A DNA stretch of 64,000 nucleotides from Candidatus Desulfobacula maris (GTDB lineage Bacteria; Desulfobacterota; Desulfobacteria; Desulfobacterales; Desulfobacteraceae): assembly GCA_014383445.1 (NCBI GenBank), contig JACNHV010000358.1, positions 24,914 to 88,913 of the forward strand, read 5' to 3'. The position numbers and the translations under genes are program-made. Positions 42,862 to 52,479 of this stretch are shown here, piece by piece. Position 1 is the first letter of the stretch. Each line of letters begins with the position of its first letter. A model generated the notes under the pieces. The model was not told where the DNA came from. It saw nothing but the letters and a program-made list of their open reading frames with translations, and searched no databases.

Positions 42862-44475
42862 TTGGAACAAAAAAAAAATAAATTCCTGGCTGCATTGTAT
42901 GAGAAAAATTTTCAAGCTGCTGAGCAGATCTATATTGATATTGTCAAACATGCAGAAATCAAATCAGAATTCAGTGAAAACACTTTAAAACTGTTAAGCC
43001 AGATACAGGCCATTTTTAAACGCTTCAAGCCTGTTCTACTAAAGCACTGCCCAGGGATCAATGAATATAATAACCACCTTAAAAACCTGATTTCAAATAC
43101 CACTAAACAATCCTGTGCCGATATTCTTCATATAGATTTTCTGTCCTGGGAAACAAAACTTGGTTTAGACTCCTGCCAGAAAGATCTGTTGTATAAAACC
43201 GCCATGAATTTTCAATTGACATCAGGATGCAGCAATTATTGCCGGCGATGCAACGAATGGGCATTGCCAGGCGTCAGGTCACATTTTTCCCATAAAGCTG
43301 TCCTGAAAATTCTTAAGCATATGGCAGATCAAGGCAACGATGAAATTTCTCTTTATGGCGCTTCCGATCCCCTTGACTGGGAACAGAATGGAAAATCTAT
43401 TGAGGACATTATTGCGTATTGTAAGACATTACCATTTGAATACAGCCTGTTAACAAAGGTTCCAAAAGGAAAAGAAGAACTGTTAAAAAAAATATTAAAA
43501 AATGATGCAAATCTTTCTGTAAGCATCACTGCAAAAAATAAAGCCCGCATAAAGAAAATCGAACGGGACTTTGGGAATCCCATAAGCTTTCAGCATGACC
43601 TGGACGAGTTGCTGATCCCGGCAGGCCTTGATGAAGACTTTGCTACCATAAAACCATCCATCACTGATGGATATGGTACAGAAATTACCCCTGATGGCGC
43701 ATTTATAATTATTCCAACTTTTACCAGTGCATTATACCCTTTTGGACATAAAAAAATCCGGATTACATCTGAAACAAACTTTTTTCCGATAAAAAAGACC
43801 GGTAGAGACGCCCTGCCTGTTGATTATTTCAAACCCCTTAAAGGGTATGACTTAAATAAAACACAACGCTTTTTGACTCGCCTGCTTGATGTACAGATTG
43901 AGTCTATCATCCTTGACAATGGTACAGAAGAATTGACTCCACCAGGAATGAGAAGCCTTAAAGAGTATCTTTCCATATTTGAAGAAAAAGCTCGTCTTCA
44001 AAGGGAAAAAATAACCTCCTCTGTAATGAGACGATTAAAAAAACAATTTCTTTCAAATATCTCTTTTAAAAACCTATCTCAAAAAACCAGAATTTTATAT
44101 ATAAAAAAGATTTCCCGTCATCTGAATTTGTGTAAAAAAGAAAATTGCCTGTCATCAAAGCTGTCTGCCGCCTCTTTTTTTCTTGAGTCCATCTTTATCT
44201 ATGCACAGAAAAATGAGGCTAAAATAAAAATCATGCGATTCCTATTAAAAGATGAAATAGCGCTTGCCTTTAATATTTACAGGAAACCTGTTAAACTAAT
44301 AGCAGATAGGCCCCTTGAAGAGCTTTTAATTGATCCTGATATTGATTCTTTTGGTATTTTCCGGTTTTATGTTTTCTGCCTGCTCAATAAATCCAACGAT
44401 AGCACTATCCTTGAATTTATTAAAACATATCCCTCCTTTTACGACCCTGTTGCCGACATTTTTGTACAATCTTAA
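42862..44475 (+). CDS. Radical SAM-like protein (CxxxCxxC)
   Basis: 537 aa with GCSNYCRRC (CX3CX2C). Only TTG is available as a start near 42862, so the start is uncertain. Confidence 0.5.
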   Translation: MEQKKNKFLAALYEKNFQAAEQIYIDIVKHAEIKSEFSENTLKLLSQIQAIFKRFKPVLLKHCPGINEYNNHLKNLISNTTKQSCADILHIDFLSWETKLGLDSCQKDLLYKTAMNFQLTSGCSNYCRRCNEWALPGVRSHFSHKAVLKILKHMADQGNDEISLYGASDPLDWEQNGKSIEDIIAYCKTLPFEYSLLTKVPKGKEELLKKILKNDANLSVSITAKNKARIKKIERDFGNPISFQHDLDELLIPAGLDEDFATIKPSITDGYGTEITPDGAFIIIPTFTSALYPFGHKKIRITSETNFFPIKKTGRDALPVDYFKPLKGYDLNKTQRFLTRLLDVQIESIILDNGTEELTPPGMRSLKEYLSIFEEKARLQREKITSSVMRRLKKQFLSNISFKNLSQKTRILYIKKISRHLNLCKKENCLSSKLSAASFFLESIFIYAQKNEAKIKIMRFLLKDEIALAFNIYRKPVKLIADRPLEELLIDPDIDSFGIFRFYVFCLLNKSNDSTILEFIKTYPSFYDPVADIFVQS

Positions 44476-44660
44476 CCCCAAAATTGGGTTTACTAACAGG
44501 AGAAAAGAGTTATTTTTTGATTTACCAAATGGATAAAATTATGGTATGTATACTGATTAAAATTGTAAATATGTTTATCTTGACAATCCCAGGGAATAAG
44601 TATAACATTCAGAGTTTTTTAAAATTGCGAAAGTATTGAAATAATAAGGAGAGTTTAAAA

Positions 44661-44972
44661 ATGTACGCAGTTATCAGGACCGGAGGAAAACAATACAAGG
44701 TTCATGAAGAACAGATCCTGAAAGTTGAAAAACTTGATGGCACCGAAGGTACCCAGATTGAATTTGATGACGTCCTCATGTATTCAGATGGTGAAACCAT
44801 TACCCTTGGAAGCCCGAAAGTTGAAACCGCCTCAGTCAAAGCACACATTCTTGACCAGGCAAAGGACAAAAAGAAATTAGTCTTCAAGTATAAACGTCGT
44901 AAAGGCTTTAGAAGAATGAAAGGCCACAGACAGCATTATACTGAAATTAAAATAGATTCCATTGCCGTTTAG
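44661..44972 (+). CDS. rplU: 50S ribosomal protein L21
   Basis: The MYAVIRTGGKQYKV N-terminus is diagnostic. 103 aa. Confidence 0.95.
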   Translation: MYAVIRTGGKQYKVHEEQILKVEKLDGTEGTQIEFDDVLMYSDGETITLGSPKVETASVKAHILDQAKDKKKLVFKYKRRKGFRRMKGHRQHYTEIKIDSIAV

Positions 44973-44990
44973 ATAGTAAGGAGAGATTTA

Positions 44991-45245
44991 ATGTCACATA
45001 AAAAAGCAGCGGGCAGCACAAGAAATGGTCGCGATTCAAACGGACAGCGCCGCGGTATCAAAAAATTTGGCGGACAAAACGTTATTGCAGGAAACATTCT
45101 TGTAAGACAGGTTGGCACCAAGCTTCATCCCGGCAGCAACGTTGGTATGGGTAAAGATTTTACTCTTTTTGCCTTGATTGACGGTGTTGTGACCTTTGAA
45201 AGGAAAAGCCGCGACAGAAAAAAAGTCAGCGTTTATGAAGCGTGA
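44991..45245 (+). CDS. rpmA: 50S ribosomal protein L27
   Basis: The [23 protein letters not shown]-terminus is diagnostic. 84 aa. Confidence 0.95.
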   Translation: MSHKKAAGSTRNGRDSNGQRRGIKKFGGQNVIAGNILVRQVGTKLHPGSNVGMGKDFTLFALIDGVVTFERKSRDRKKVSVYEA

Positions 45246-46237
45246 AATTTGTAGATGAAACAATTATCACAGTCAGTTCTGGAAATGGCGGCCGAGGATG
45301 TACAAGTTTCCGAAGGGAACGGTACATTGAAAGAGGCGGACCTGATGGTGGTGATGGCGGTGATGGCGGAGATGTTATTCTAAAGGTTGATCCGAGCAAA
45401 CGAACACTCTACGATTATCGCCGCCAGAAATTTCTCAGAGCCAAAAATGGCGAGGGCGGTCAAGGCAAACAAAAACATGGCAAGAATGGTTCACCCTGCA
45501 TTCTTGCCCTTCCTCCGGGAACCATTGTTTCCAATGCAGACACAAACGAAATCATTGTAGATCTAACCGATACGGAGGATGAATATATTATTGCCCAGGG
45601 CGGCATGGGCGGACGGGGCAATAAACGGTTTGCATCTTCCACCAACCGGGCACCCAGATATTCTCAGCCTGGTATTCCCGGTATTGAACTCAAGCTTAAA
45701 CTGGAACTGAAACTTCTTGCCGATGTCGGACTTGTTGGTTTGCCCAATGCCGGAAAATCAACGCTGATAAGCAATATATCAGCTGCCCGGCCAAAAATAG
45801 CAGAATACCCCTTTACAACACTGACCCCGATTATAGGAATGGTAGAACCAACCTTTGGAGAACCCTTTGCTGTGGCCGACATCCCAGGGTTGATTGAGGG
45901 TGCTCACGAAGGAATTGGCCTTGGCATCAGTTTTTTAAAACATATTGAAAGAACCGGAATCCTGGTTCATTTGATTGATTCTTTCCAGATAGATCCTGAT
46001 TTTCCGCTCAAGTCTTTTAACATAATCAACAATGAGTTGTCCAAATACAGTCAAACTCTGGCACAAAAAACTCAAATTGTCGTGCTGAACAAAATTGACC
46101 TGCCCGGGACAAAAGAAAAGGTTGCGGCCTTTAAACATGCTTTAAAAGATATCCAGGTATTGACCTTGTCAGCTGTAACGGGGAAAGGGGTAAAAGAACT
46201 TATCAGCCTTTTATCTTCCAAACTTATAAAGAGTTAA
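45242..46237 (+). CDS. obg: GTPase Obg/CgtA
   Basis: MKFVDE N-terminus with a GTG start in a GTGA overlap. It has the Gly-rich Obg fold plus G1 GLPNAGKST and G3 DIPGLIEGA motifs. Confidence 0.95.
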   Translation: MKFVDETIITVSSGNGGRGCTSFRRERYIERGGPDGGDGGDGGDVILKVDPSKRTLYDYRRQKFLRAKNGEGGQGKQKHGKNGSPCILALPPGTIVSNADTNEIIVDLTDTEDEYIIAQGGMGGRGNKRFASSTNRAPRYSQPGIPGIELKLKLELKLLADVGLVGLPNAGKSTLISNISAARPKIAEYPFTTLTPIIGMVEPTFGEPFAVADIPGLIEGAHEGIGLGISFLKHIERTGILVHLIDSFQIDPDFPLKSFNIINNELSKYSQTLAQKTQIVVLNKIDLPGTKEKVAAFKHALKDIQVLTLSAVTGKGVKELISLLSSKLIKS

Positions 46238-46239
46238 AA

Positions 46240-46887
46240 ATGAAAGCCGGACTTTTTGGAGGAACATTTAATCCTTTCCACAATGGACATATTGAAATTA
46301 TTCAGTATGTCAAAGATAGATATGACTTGCAAAAAATTTTTTTTATCCCTTCTGCAACCCCCCCTCACAAACCTGACATCAACCTTGCACCTGCAAAGGA
46401 CCGTTTTGAGATGGTAGAACAAAGCTTAAAAGGCTATGAAAATTTTTTCGTATCAGACAAGGAACTGATCAGAAAGGGGCCTTCCTTTACCATTGACACC
46501 ATAAATGAATTTAAAAAAGAATATGGCCCCAAAACTTTTTTTTACCTTTTAATGGGATCTGATGCATTTTTAGACATAACAACCTGGAAACAAAAAGAAC
46601 AAATTTTTAAAGCAATTCAAATTATCATCATGCTGAGAGGACATTGGGAAAATTATAATGCCATTGTCTCTTTTATTGACGAGAACATATCAAAAGGGTA
46701 CATCTTTAATGAACAGGACCATACATTTTCCCATAAAAAAAAACAGAAAATAATAATTTGCAAGGTACCCAAAATTAATATTTCATCCACAATGATCCGG
46801 GAGCGAGTAAAAAACAGGAAATCCATAAAAGATCTCGTGCCGGCAAATATTGAAAAAATCATTAGAACAAAGGAATTGTATAAATGA
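46240..46887 (+). CDS. nadD: Nicotinate-nucleotide adenylyltransferase
   Basis: GGTFNPFHNGH motif. 215 aa, in conserved obg-nadD-rsfS synteny. Confidence 0.9.
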   Translation: MKAGLFGGTFNPFHNGHIEIIQYVKDRYDLQKIFFIPSATPPHKPDINLAPAKDRFEMVEQSLKGYENFFVSDKELIRKGPSFTIDTINEFKKEYGPKTFFYLLMGSDAFLDITTWKQKEQIFKAIQIIIMLRGHWENYNAIVSFIDENISKGYIFNEQDHTFSHKKKQKIIICKVPKINISSTMIRERVKNRKSIKDLVPANIEKIIRTKELYK

Positions 46888-47297
46888 AAAATAGCATCAC
46901 AATAAAAGATGACCTTAAAAAATACCTTATTCCTGCATTTGAAAGAAAGACAAAATCAATTATTGCCATTGATGTTAAAAAATTCACCTCTTATACAGAT
47001 ACTCTTGTCATTATTGAAGCTGGATCACATCGCCAGGTGACCTCCATTGCCGAGCATTTGATTAAAAGCTTAAAAGCTCGAAAAATAAAAACCATTGGTG
47101 TTGAAGGTGTTAAAGAAGGTGACTGGGCATTGCTTGATTATGGTGAAGTCATTATTCATGTTTTTGAATCTGAAAAAAAATCTTTTTATGATATAGAAGG
47201 CTTGTGGGCTGATGCGCCAAGGATCGATCTTTCCGAATTTCAAAAAGCCTTTGAGCCACAGGAAGAGAAAGATGATGAGGCAGATGATGGATTCTAA
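46884..47297 (+). CDS. rsfS: Ribosome silencing factor RsfS
   Basis: 137 aa. The DWALLDYGEVIIHVFESEKKSFYDIEGLW motif is typical of RsfS/IojAP proteins. Confidence 0.9.
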   Translation: MKNSITIKDDLKKYLIPAFERKTKSIIAIDVKKFTSYTDTLVIIEAGSHRQVTSIAEHLIKSLKARKIKTIGVEGVKEGDWALLDYGEVIIHVFESEKKSFYDIEGLWADAPRIDLSEFQKAFEPQEEKDDEADDGF

Positions 47298-48843
47298 ATC
47301 CCTTCCTGTAAATATTTTAATGATCCTTGACGGTTGGGGCATTAATGATACAACCACTGGGAATGCATTTGCCCTGGCAGATACTCCTTTTTTAGATTCT
47401 CTTTTAAAAAATTTCCCCTCCTGCAAACTTGAGTGCTCGGGAAGTGCCGTCGGCCTTCCAGATGGAACCATGGGCAACTCAGAGGTCGGGCACATGAATA
47501 TCGGTGCAGGCCGAAAAGTATTGCAGGATTTTGTAAGAATCAATCAGGCCATTTTTGACAAATCCTTTTTTAAAACCCCTGCACTTTTAGATGTCATGAC
47601 AAAGGTGTCAGACACTGACAAAAACCTCCATCTTATGGGACTTTTGTCTGACGGCGGAGTCCACAGTCATATCTCCCATTTGTTTGCCTTAATTGACATG
47701 GCGAGACAAAATGGGGTTAAACATCTTTTTATCCACCCAATACTTGACGGCAGGGACACCTCCCCCAGAAGCGGTATTAATTATATTCAAAAGCTGCAGG
47801 ACTATCTTGACAAGCATAATTATGGCAAAATTGCAACTATTGTAGGCCGGTACTGGGCCATGGACAGGGATACAAGATGGGACAGGGTTGAAAAAGCATA
47901 CCATCTTTTTACAAGAGCTGCTGGATTGCCTGCTGACAATCCAATAACTGCTGTACAGAACGCATATGATTCCGGTCAGACTGACGAATTTATAAAACCC
48001 ATTCTTCTCAATACTTACAATAACACAATCAATCGCGCCCCAAATGGTATAGTTGATGATGGCGACGGCATTATTTTTTTTAATTTCAGGGCAGATCGGG
48101 CCAAAGAGATCACAAGGGCCTTTACCGAAAAAGTCTTTAAAGAATTTACCCGGGAAAAACAGGTAAATCTTACAGGTTTTGTCTGCATGACACAGTATGA
48201 CGAAACCTTTAACCTGCCCGTGGCCTTTGCTCCTCAACACCTGGATAATATTCTCGGCGAAATATTAAGCAAAAACCATATTCCTCAACTTCGAATTGCT
48301 GAAACTGAAAAATACGCCCATGTTACCTATTTTTTTAATGGCGGAGATGAAAAGATTTTTAAGGGAGAAAAAAGAATCTTGATTCCCTCTCCCAGGGATG
48401 TGGCAACCTATGATAAAAAACCCGAAATGAGCGCTTTTGAAGTTGCCGACACAGCCTGTGAAAAAATAAAATCCCGTGAATTTGGATTTATCTTACTGAA
48501 TTTTGCCAATATGGACATGGTGGGACATACAGGAATCCTGGAAGCTGCCATCAAAGGATGTGAAACCGTTGACAAATGTGTACAAAAGGTTGTTAAAGCC
48601 ATATGGGAAACAGGTGGTATTGCATTGGTAACAGCAGATCATGGGAATGCAGAACAGATGATTGCAGATGACGGCTCCCCTCACACTTCCCACACCTTGA
48701 ATCCTGTAAGACTTATACTTGCAGGAGATATTTATAAAGGCACAGAGATGAAAGACGGGATTCTTGGCGATATTGCCCCAACCCTTCTGAAAATATTAAA
48801 TATAGAACGACCCTCTGAAATGACAGGGACATCTTTAATATGA
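47272..48843 (+). CDS. gpmI: 2,3-bisphosphoglycerate-independent phosphoglycerate mutase
   Basis: ILMILDGWG N-terminal motif plus NSEVGHMNIGAGR. The track ORF starts at 47212 inside rsfS. An ATG cluster at 47272-47287 preceded by GGAAGAGAAAG is preferred. Confidence 0.9.
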   Translation: MMRQMMDSKSLPVNILMILDGWGINDTTTGNAFALADTPFLDSLLKNFPSCKLECSGSAVGLPDGTMGNSEVGHMNIGAGRKVLQDFVRINQAIFDKSFFKTPALLDVMTKVSDTDKNLHLMGLLSDGGVHSHISHLFALIDMARQNGVKHLFIHPILDGRDTSPRSGINYIQKLQDYLDKHNYGKIATIVGRYWAMDRDTRWDRVEKAYHLFTRAAGLPADNPITAVQNAYDSGQTDEFIKPILLNTYNNTINRAPNGIVDDGDGIIFFNFRADRAKEITRAFTEKVFKEFTREKQVNLTGFVCMTQYDETFNLPVAFAPQHLDNILGEILSKNHIPQLRIAETEKYAHVTYFFNGGDEKIFKGEKRILIPSPRDVATYDKKPEMSAFEVADTACEKIKSREFGFILLNFANMDMVGHTGILEAAIKGCETVDKCVQKVVKAIWETGGIALVTADHGNAEQMIADDGSPHTSHTLNPVRLILAGDIYKGTEMKDGILGDIAPTLLKILNIERPSEMTGTSLI

Positions 48844-49355
48844 CATTTGATTATATTATCACTGACTACATTACTGGAAAACAGGTAAGAAATATGGGGC
48901 CTGAGGCCAGCAGGCAGATATTTGAAAGATTTCTGGTCCATGAAAAAGGATATTCAAAAGAAGATATTAAGGTGGATGAAAAATTGGTTGTCCAGTTTAA
49001 AGGAGAAGATTATATCTCATCCATTGACCTGATTGTCCGGTGCAGAGGAAAAGCATTAATGGCCATTACCTGTGTGGCAGGATCCATTGGTTCCTATGAA
49101 AGGGAAATTCTGGCAGGGGCAAGGCTTGTCTATGACTATCAAATCCCCCTTGCCGTTTCAACTGATGCAAGGGATGCTATTGTAATGGATACCCTTTCCG
49201 GAAAGAAAATTGGGCAGGGTCTTGATGCCATTCCTTCAAAAGAAGAAGCGCTCGAGCTGATTGAGACAATGGAGTATACACCTTTTGATAAAAACAGAAA
49301 AGAGCGGGAAATGATCATTTACCGCTCCTTTAACCTGGAAAAAGTCAATATTTAG
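48840..49355 (+). CDS. Hypothetical protein (possibly HsdR-N-like nuclease-fold domain)
   Basis: 171-aa ORF with a 4-nt overlap to gpmI. The family assignment is from memory only. Confidence 0.4.
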   Translation: MTFDYIITDYITGKQVRNMGPEASRQIFERFLVHEKGYSKEDIKVDEKLVVQFKGEDYISSIDLIVRCRGKALMAITCVAGSIGSYEREILAGARLVYDYQIPLAVSTDARDAIVMDTLSGKKIGQGLDAIPSKEEALELIETMEYTPFDKNRKEREMIIYRSFNLEKVNI

Positions 49356-50029
49356 GCCCTGGGTACCTCTTTATTGCAATGTCTGCAAAGTGTGGCCCGT
49401 TTTTTAATTATCTCGGCGCAATAGGGGCACTCCCTTGTATAATGCCTTTCATGAAGCTGATCTATGGCCTTTTGCACCCCGTCCTGCAGTACGGGGGTGG
49501 GAAACTTATGATTGATTAAATGCTCTGCTGCTTCAGCATCGCCAAGTTCTCCAACCATCTGGGCTGCTTTAAGCCTTGCCTTTGGAGGAATCTTAGGATC
49601 AAGACAAATCTTTAAAATTTCATCCCAGTCCTTTGAAATATAATAATCTGTCAAAACTGAGAATGTCTGTTTCAGCAACTCTTTTCTTGCTTCTTCCTGG
49701 ATCAGGACTTCATTATCCAGTATTCCACCCGTGGCTCCCACAGGACTGAATACAGGCATGTACTCAAAATTTTTATGTCCCGGTTCAACATAGCACCTAT
49801 AGGATGCCGGTACTTCCATTGTCTCTTGAAGATGTTCCCAACCCTGTTTATAGCTGCCACACTCATCACTGAAACAGACAAACAGGTATGGGGTTCCCCA
49901 GCCAAGTCCATCGCTGAAATTCATCGGGGGAACTTCCCACAGTGTCATTTGGGAATCACAATCCGGACATTGTGGTTTGTCCATTTTTAAATATTTTTCA
50001 AGAAGTTCTTCTTTTGTTTCAAACGCCAT
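49352..50029 (-). CDS. Hypothetical zinc-ribbon protein
   Basis: 225 aa with an N-terminal CPDC...C..C pattern and a C-terminal CPYC...CRHC pattern. Confidence 0.5.
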   Translation of the reverse strand: MAFETKEELLEKYLKMDKPQCPDCDSQMTLWEVPPMNFSDGLGWGTPYLFVCFSDECGSYKQGWEHLQETMEVPASYRCYVEPGHKNFEYMPVFSPVGATGGILDNEVLIQEEARKELLKQTFSVLTDYYISKDWDEILKICLDPKIPPKARLKAAQMVGELGDAEAAEHLINHKFPTPVLQDGVQKAIDQLHERHYTRECPYCAEIIKKRATLCRHCNKEVPRA

Positions 50030-50076
50030 TATATTAATCTCCTTTTGGAAGTCTGGAATATTCAGCTTTCCAAAAT

Positions 50077-50110
50077 AAGCATACCGTTTGATTTGTCAAA
50101 CGGTATGCTT
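50077..50110 (-). terminator. Rho-independent terminator of the transcarboxylase operon
   Basis: 15-bp perfect stem AAGCATACCGTTTGA-TTTG-TCAAACGGTATGCTT. On the minus strand it is followed by ATTTTGG. Confidence 0.75.
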
Positions 50111-50153
50111 TATGGTCTAAAATATATCCAACGAACAAATTAAGTATTTAAGC

Positions 50154-52175
50154 TTACCCAATCACAGCAAGTACTTCGCCTCTGGCAACAGAATCACCAC
50201 TCTTATAATTCACGGCTTTAATCACACCGCTTACGGGTGCAGGCAGAGCATTTTCCATTTTCATGGCTTCAATGACCACAACTGTTTCACCTTCATTAAC
50301 CAGATCACCCACATTTTTTTCATATTTAATAATCATACCGGGCATGGGTGCTTTGACAGGTGTTCCAGCCGATGCAACAGGCGCGGGTTCTTTTTTGGCT
50401 GCAGGCGCAGGTTTTGGTGCCGGAACTGCCGGCTGTGCCGGTGCTGCTTTAGGCACAGGGGCCGGGGCGGCTGCCACAGGAGCAGGAGCAGGAGCAGCGG
50501 CAGCAGCGGCTGCGTAAGTGATAACAGGGGCACCGCCCACTTCATCCACACCCACTTCAAAATAATCCCCTTCTACAAAGACATTAAAGGTGCGGGCATA
50601 TTCACTCTTTTCGGGAACCTCTTTCAACTTGTCTTTTTCAACCAGTTCGCCTTTCCTGGCTTTCTCAACCAGCCTTTTTTGTGCTTCCACTTCTTCCATT
50701 GTGATGGGTTTTAAGCTTTCAGGCACCTGTTCTTTACCATATTTTTGCAAGAGATATTTCTTGCCCGTAACAGGGAAAAGAGCATACAAAATAAGATCTT
50801 CTTCATCCACAGCCAGGTCGCCAATCTCTTTTTTTGCCTTTTCAAGTTCAGGCTCAAGCACCTGGGCAGGTCGGCAGGTAATTGGTTCTTCTCCTCTTTC
50901 ATAGCCCTTGAGAGCCTTTTTCTGCAATTCTGGATCAATGGGGACGCTTGTTTTACCATAAAGCCCGTAGCAAAGATCTTTTACCTGGGCCGTTATCATT
51001 TTATATCGTTCTTCCGGAGTGTCAAACAGAACATTGTTAACAGTCTGGATACCAACAATCTGGCTCGTCGGTGTTACCAGGGGAATCTGGCCCAGTTCTT
51101 TTCTGACCCTTGGAAGCTCTCTCAGAACATCATCCATTTTTTCCAGAGCATCCATATCCCTTAACTGATTCACCAGATTTGACAGCATACCGCCGGGTGT
51201 CTGGTGAAGCAGAACATTGATATCAATACCTGAAACTTTGGTATCATCTAAAAGATGCTTGTATTTTGGCATTACCTCTCTTTCCAGAATTTCATTTATC
51301 TCCGCCAGTGCATTGATATCAAACCCTGTATCCCGGTTAGTGCCGAGAAGTGACATAACAAATGGCTCCAAAGCAGCATGGGATGTTCTGTAGGCATAGG
51401 GTGTCAGACAGGTATCAATAATGTCAACTCCGGCTTCAATAGCCTTGAAATGTGTCATGGGCGACATTCCGGAAGTAAAATGGCTGTGAAGATGAATCAG
51501 GGGTTTGACATTGTCTTTTAAGGCTTTGATAAGTTTATAAGCGTCATAGGGTGCCAGAAGTCCTGCCATATCCTTGACACAGATACTGTCCGCACCCATA
51601 TCCTCAAGTTCTTTTGCTTTTTTAATATAATACTCAAGGTTGTACACATCTCCGCCTATTCTCGGTTCAGTCAAGGTATAGCAGATACAGCCCTGGAAAT
51701 GAGCACCGCATTCCTTAATCACAGGAACAACTGCTTCAAAATTACGATAATCATTTAAAGCGTCAAAGGTTCTGAAAACTTCCAGCCCGTTATCAACGGT
51801 CTTTTTCACAAACAATTTTGCTAAATCATCGGCATAATTTCTATACCCCACAAGATTCTGGCCCCTTAAAAGCATTGAAAAAGGGGTCTTTTTAAAATAT
51901 CTTTTCAGGGTCCGCAGTCTTTCCCAGGGATCTTCCCCTAAAAATCGATGCATGGCATCAAATGTTGCACCACCCCAGACTTCCACAGCCCAGAAACCTA
52001 TCTCATCCATTTTTTCAGCAACAGGGATCATGTCCTCTGTTCTTCCCCTTGTGGCAAAAAGCGACTGGTGCCCATCACGCAGAGAGATGTCTTCGATCTT
52101 CAACTGGTGTTTAGCTTTTGGTCTGTCTTTGCCATATTTCATCTCTGTCATTTTCACTTGGGTGTGCTCACTCAT
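50154..52175 (-). CDS. Pyruvate carboxyltransferase (5S / oxaloacetate decarboxylase alpha-like) fused to a biotin carrier domain
   Basis: 673 aa. It has a TIM-barrel HMGL-like N-terminus (DISLRDGHQS), an Ala/Pro-rich linker and a C-terminal EAMKMEN biotinylation motif. Confidence 0.8.
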   Translation of the reverse strand: MSEHTQVKMTEMKYGKDRPKAKHQLKIEDISLRDGHQSLFATRGRTEDMIPVAEKMDEIGFWAVEVWGGATFDAMHRFLGEDPWERLRTLKRYFKKTPFSMLLRGQNLVGYRNYADDLAKLFVKKTVDNGLEVFRTFDALNDYRNFEAVVPVIKECGAHFQGCICYTLTEPRIGGDVYNLEYYIKKAKELEDMGADSICVKDMAGLLAPYDAYKLIKALKDNVKPLIHLHSHFTSGMSPMTHFKAIEAGVDIIDTCLTPYAYRTSHAALEPFVMSLLGTNRDTGFDINALAEINEILEREVMPKYKHLLDDTKVSGIDINVLLHQTPGGMLSNLVNQLRDMDALEKMDDVLRELPRVRKELGQIPLVTPTSQIVGIQTVNNVLFDTPEERYKMITAQVKDLCYGLYGKTSVPIDPELQKKALKGYERGEEPITCRPAQVLEPELEKAKKEIGDLAVDEEDLILYALFPVTGKKYLLQKYGKEQVPESLKPITMEEVEAQKRLVEKARKGELVEKDKLKEVPEKSEYARTFNVFVEGDYFEVGVDEVGGAPVITYAAAAAAAPAPAPVAAAPAPVPKAAPAQPAVPAPKPAPAAKKEPAPVASAGTPVKAPMPGMIIKYEKNVGDLVNEGETVVVIEAMKMENALPAPVSGVIKAVNYKSGDSVARGEVLAVIG

Positions 52176-52251
52176 TTAATTTCTCCTGAATAATTTATTT
52201 TTTTAATTAAAATTTCTTATTTGATGTATGCCCTAAAACCCCGAAAATTTT

Positions 52252-52470
52252 TTATTTAAACATCCTCATCTGCATCATAGTATTAGCCTGCATATGGATC
52301 CCGCGACCTGATATGCCCCAGATATTATTTTGCTGCATGATCTGCAAAGGTTGTTCCGGAATCGTTTCTGAAACTTGTTGACCATAAAAAGCAGCAGCTT
52401 CTTCTGATGTTTTAATGTAAGCAAATACGGCAGCCAGGGCTGCAGATAATTTCTTTTTATCCATTTTCAT
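52252..52470 (-). CDS. Small subunit-like protein of the carboxylase/transcarboxylase cluster
   Basis: 72-aa ORF between the two large subunit genes. The function is not recognisable. Confidence 0.4.
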   Translation of the reverse strand: MKMDKKKLSAALAAVFAYIKTSEEAAAFYGQQVSETIPEQPLQIMQQNNIWGISGRGIHMQANTMMQMRMFK

Positions 52471-52479
52471 CCTTTTATA

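Noticed and set aside
47212-47271. The upstream part of the gpmI ORF, overlapping rsfS by 86 nt.
   Set aside because: The conserved GpmI N-terminus (ILMILDGWG) begins shortly after the ATG cluster at 47272-47287, and the extension has no homology-like features.
50263-50560. Ala/Gly-rich and Leu/Pro-rich ORFs overlapping the carboxyltransferase gene.
   Set aside because: They are alternative readings of the GC-rich Ala/Pro linker that precedes the biotinyl domain.
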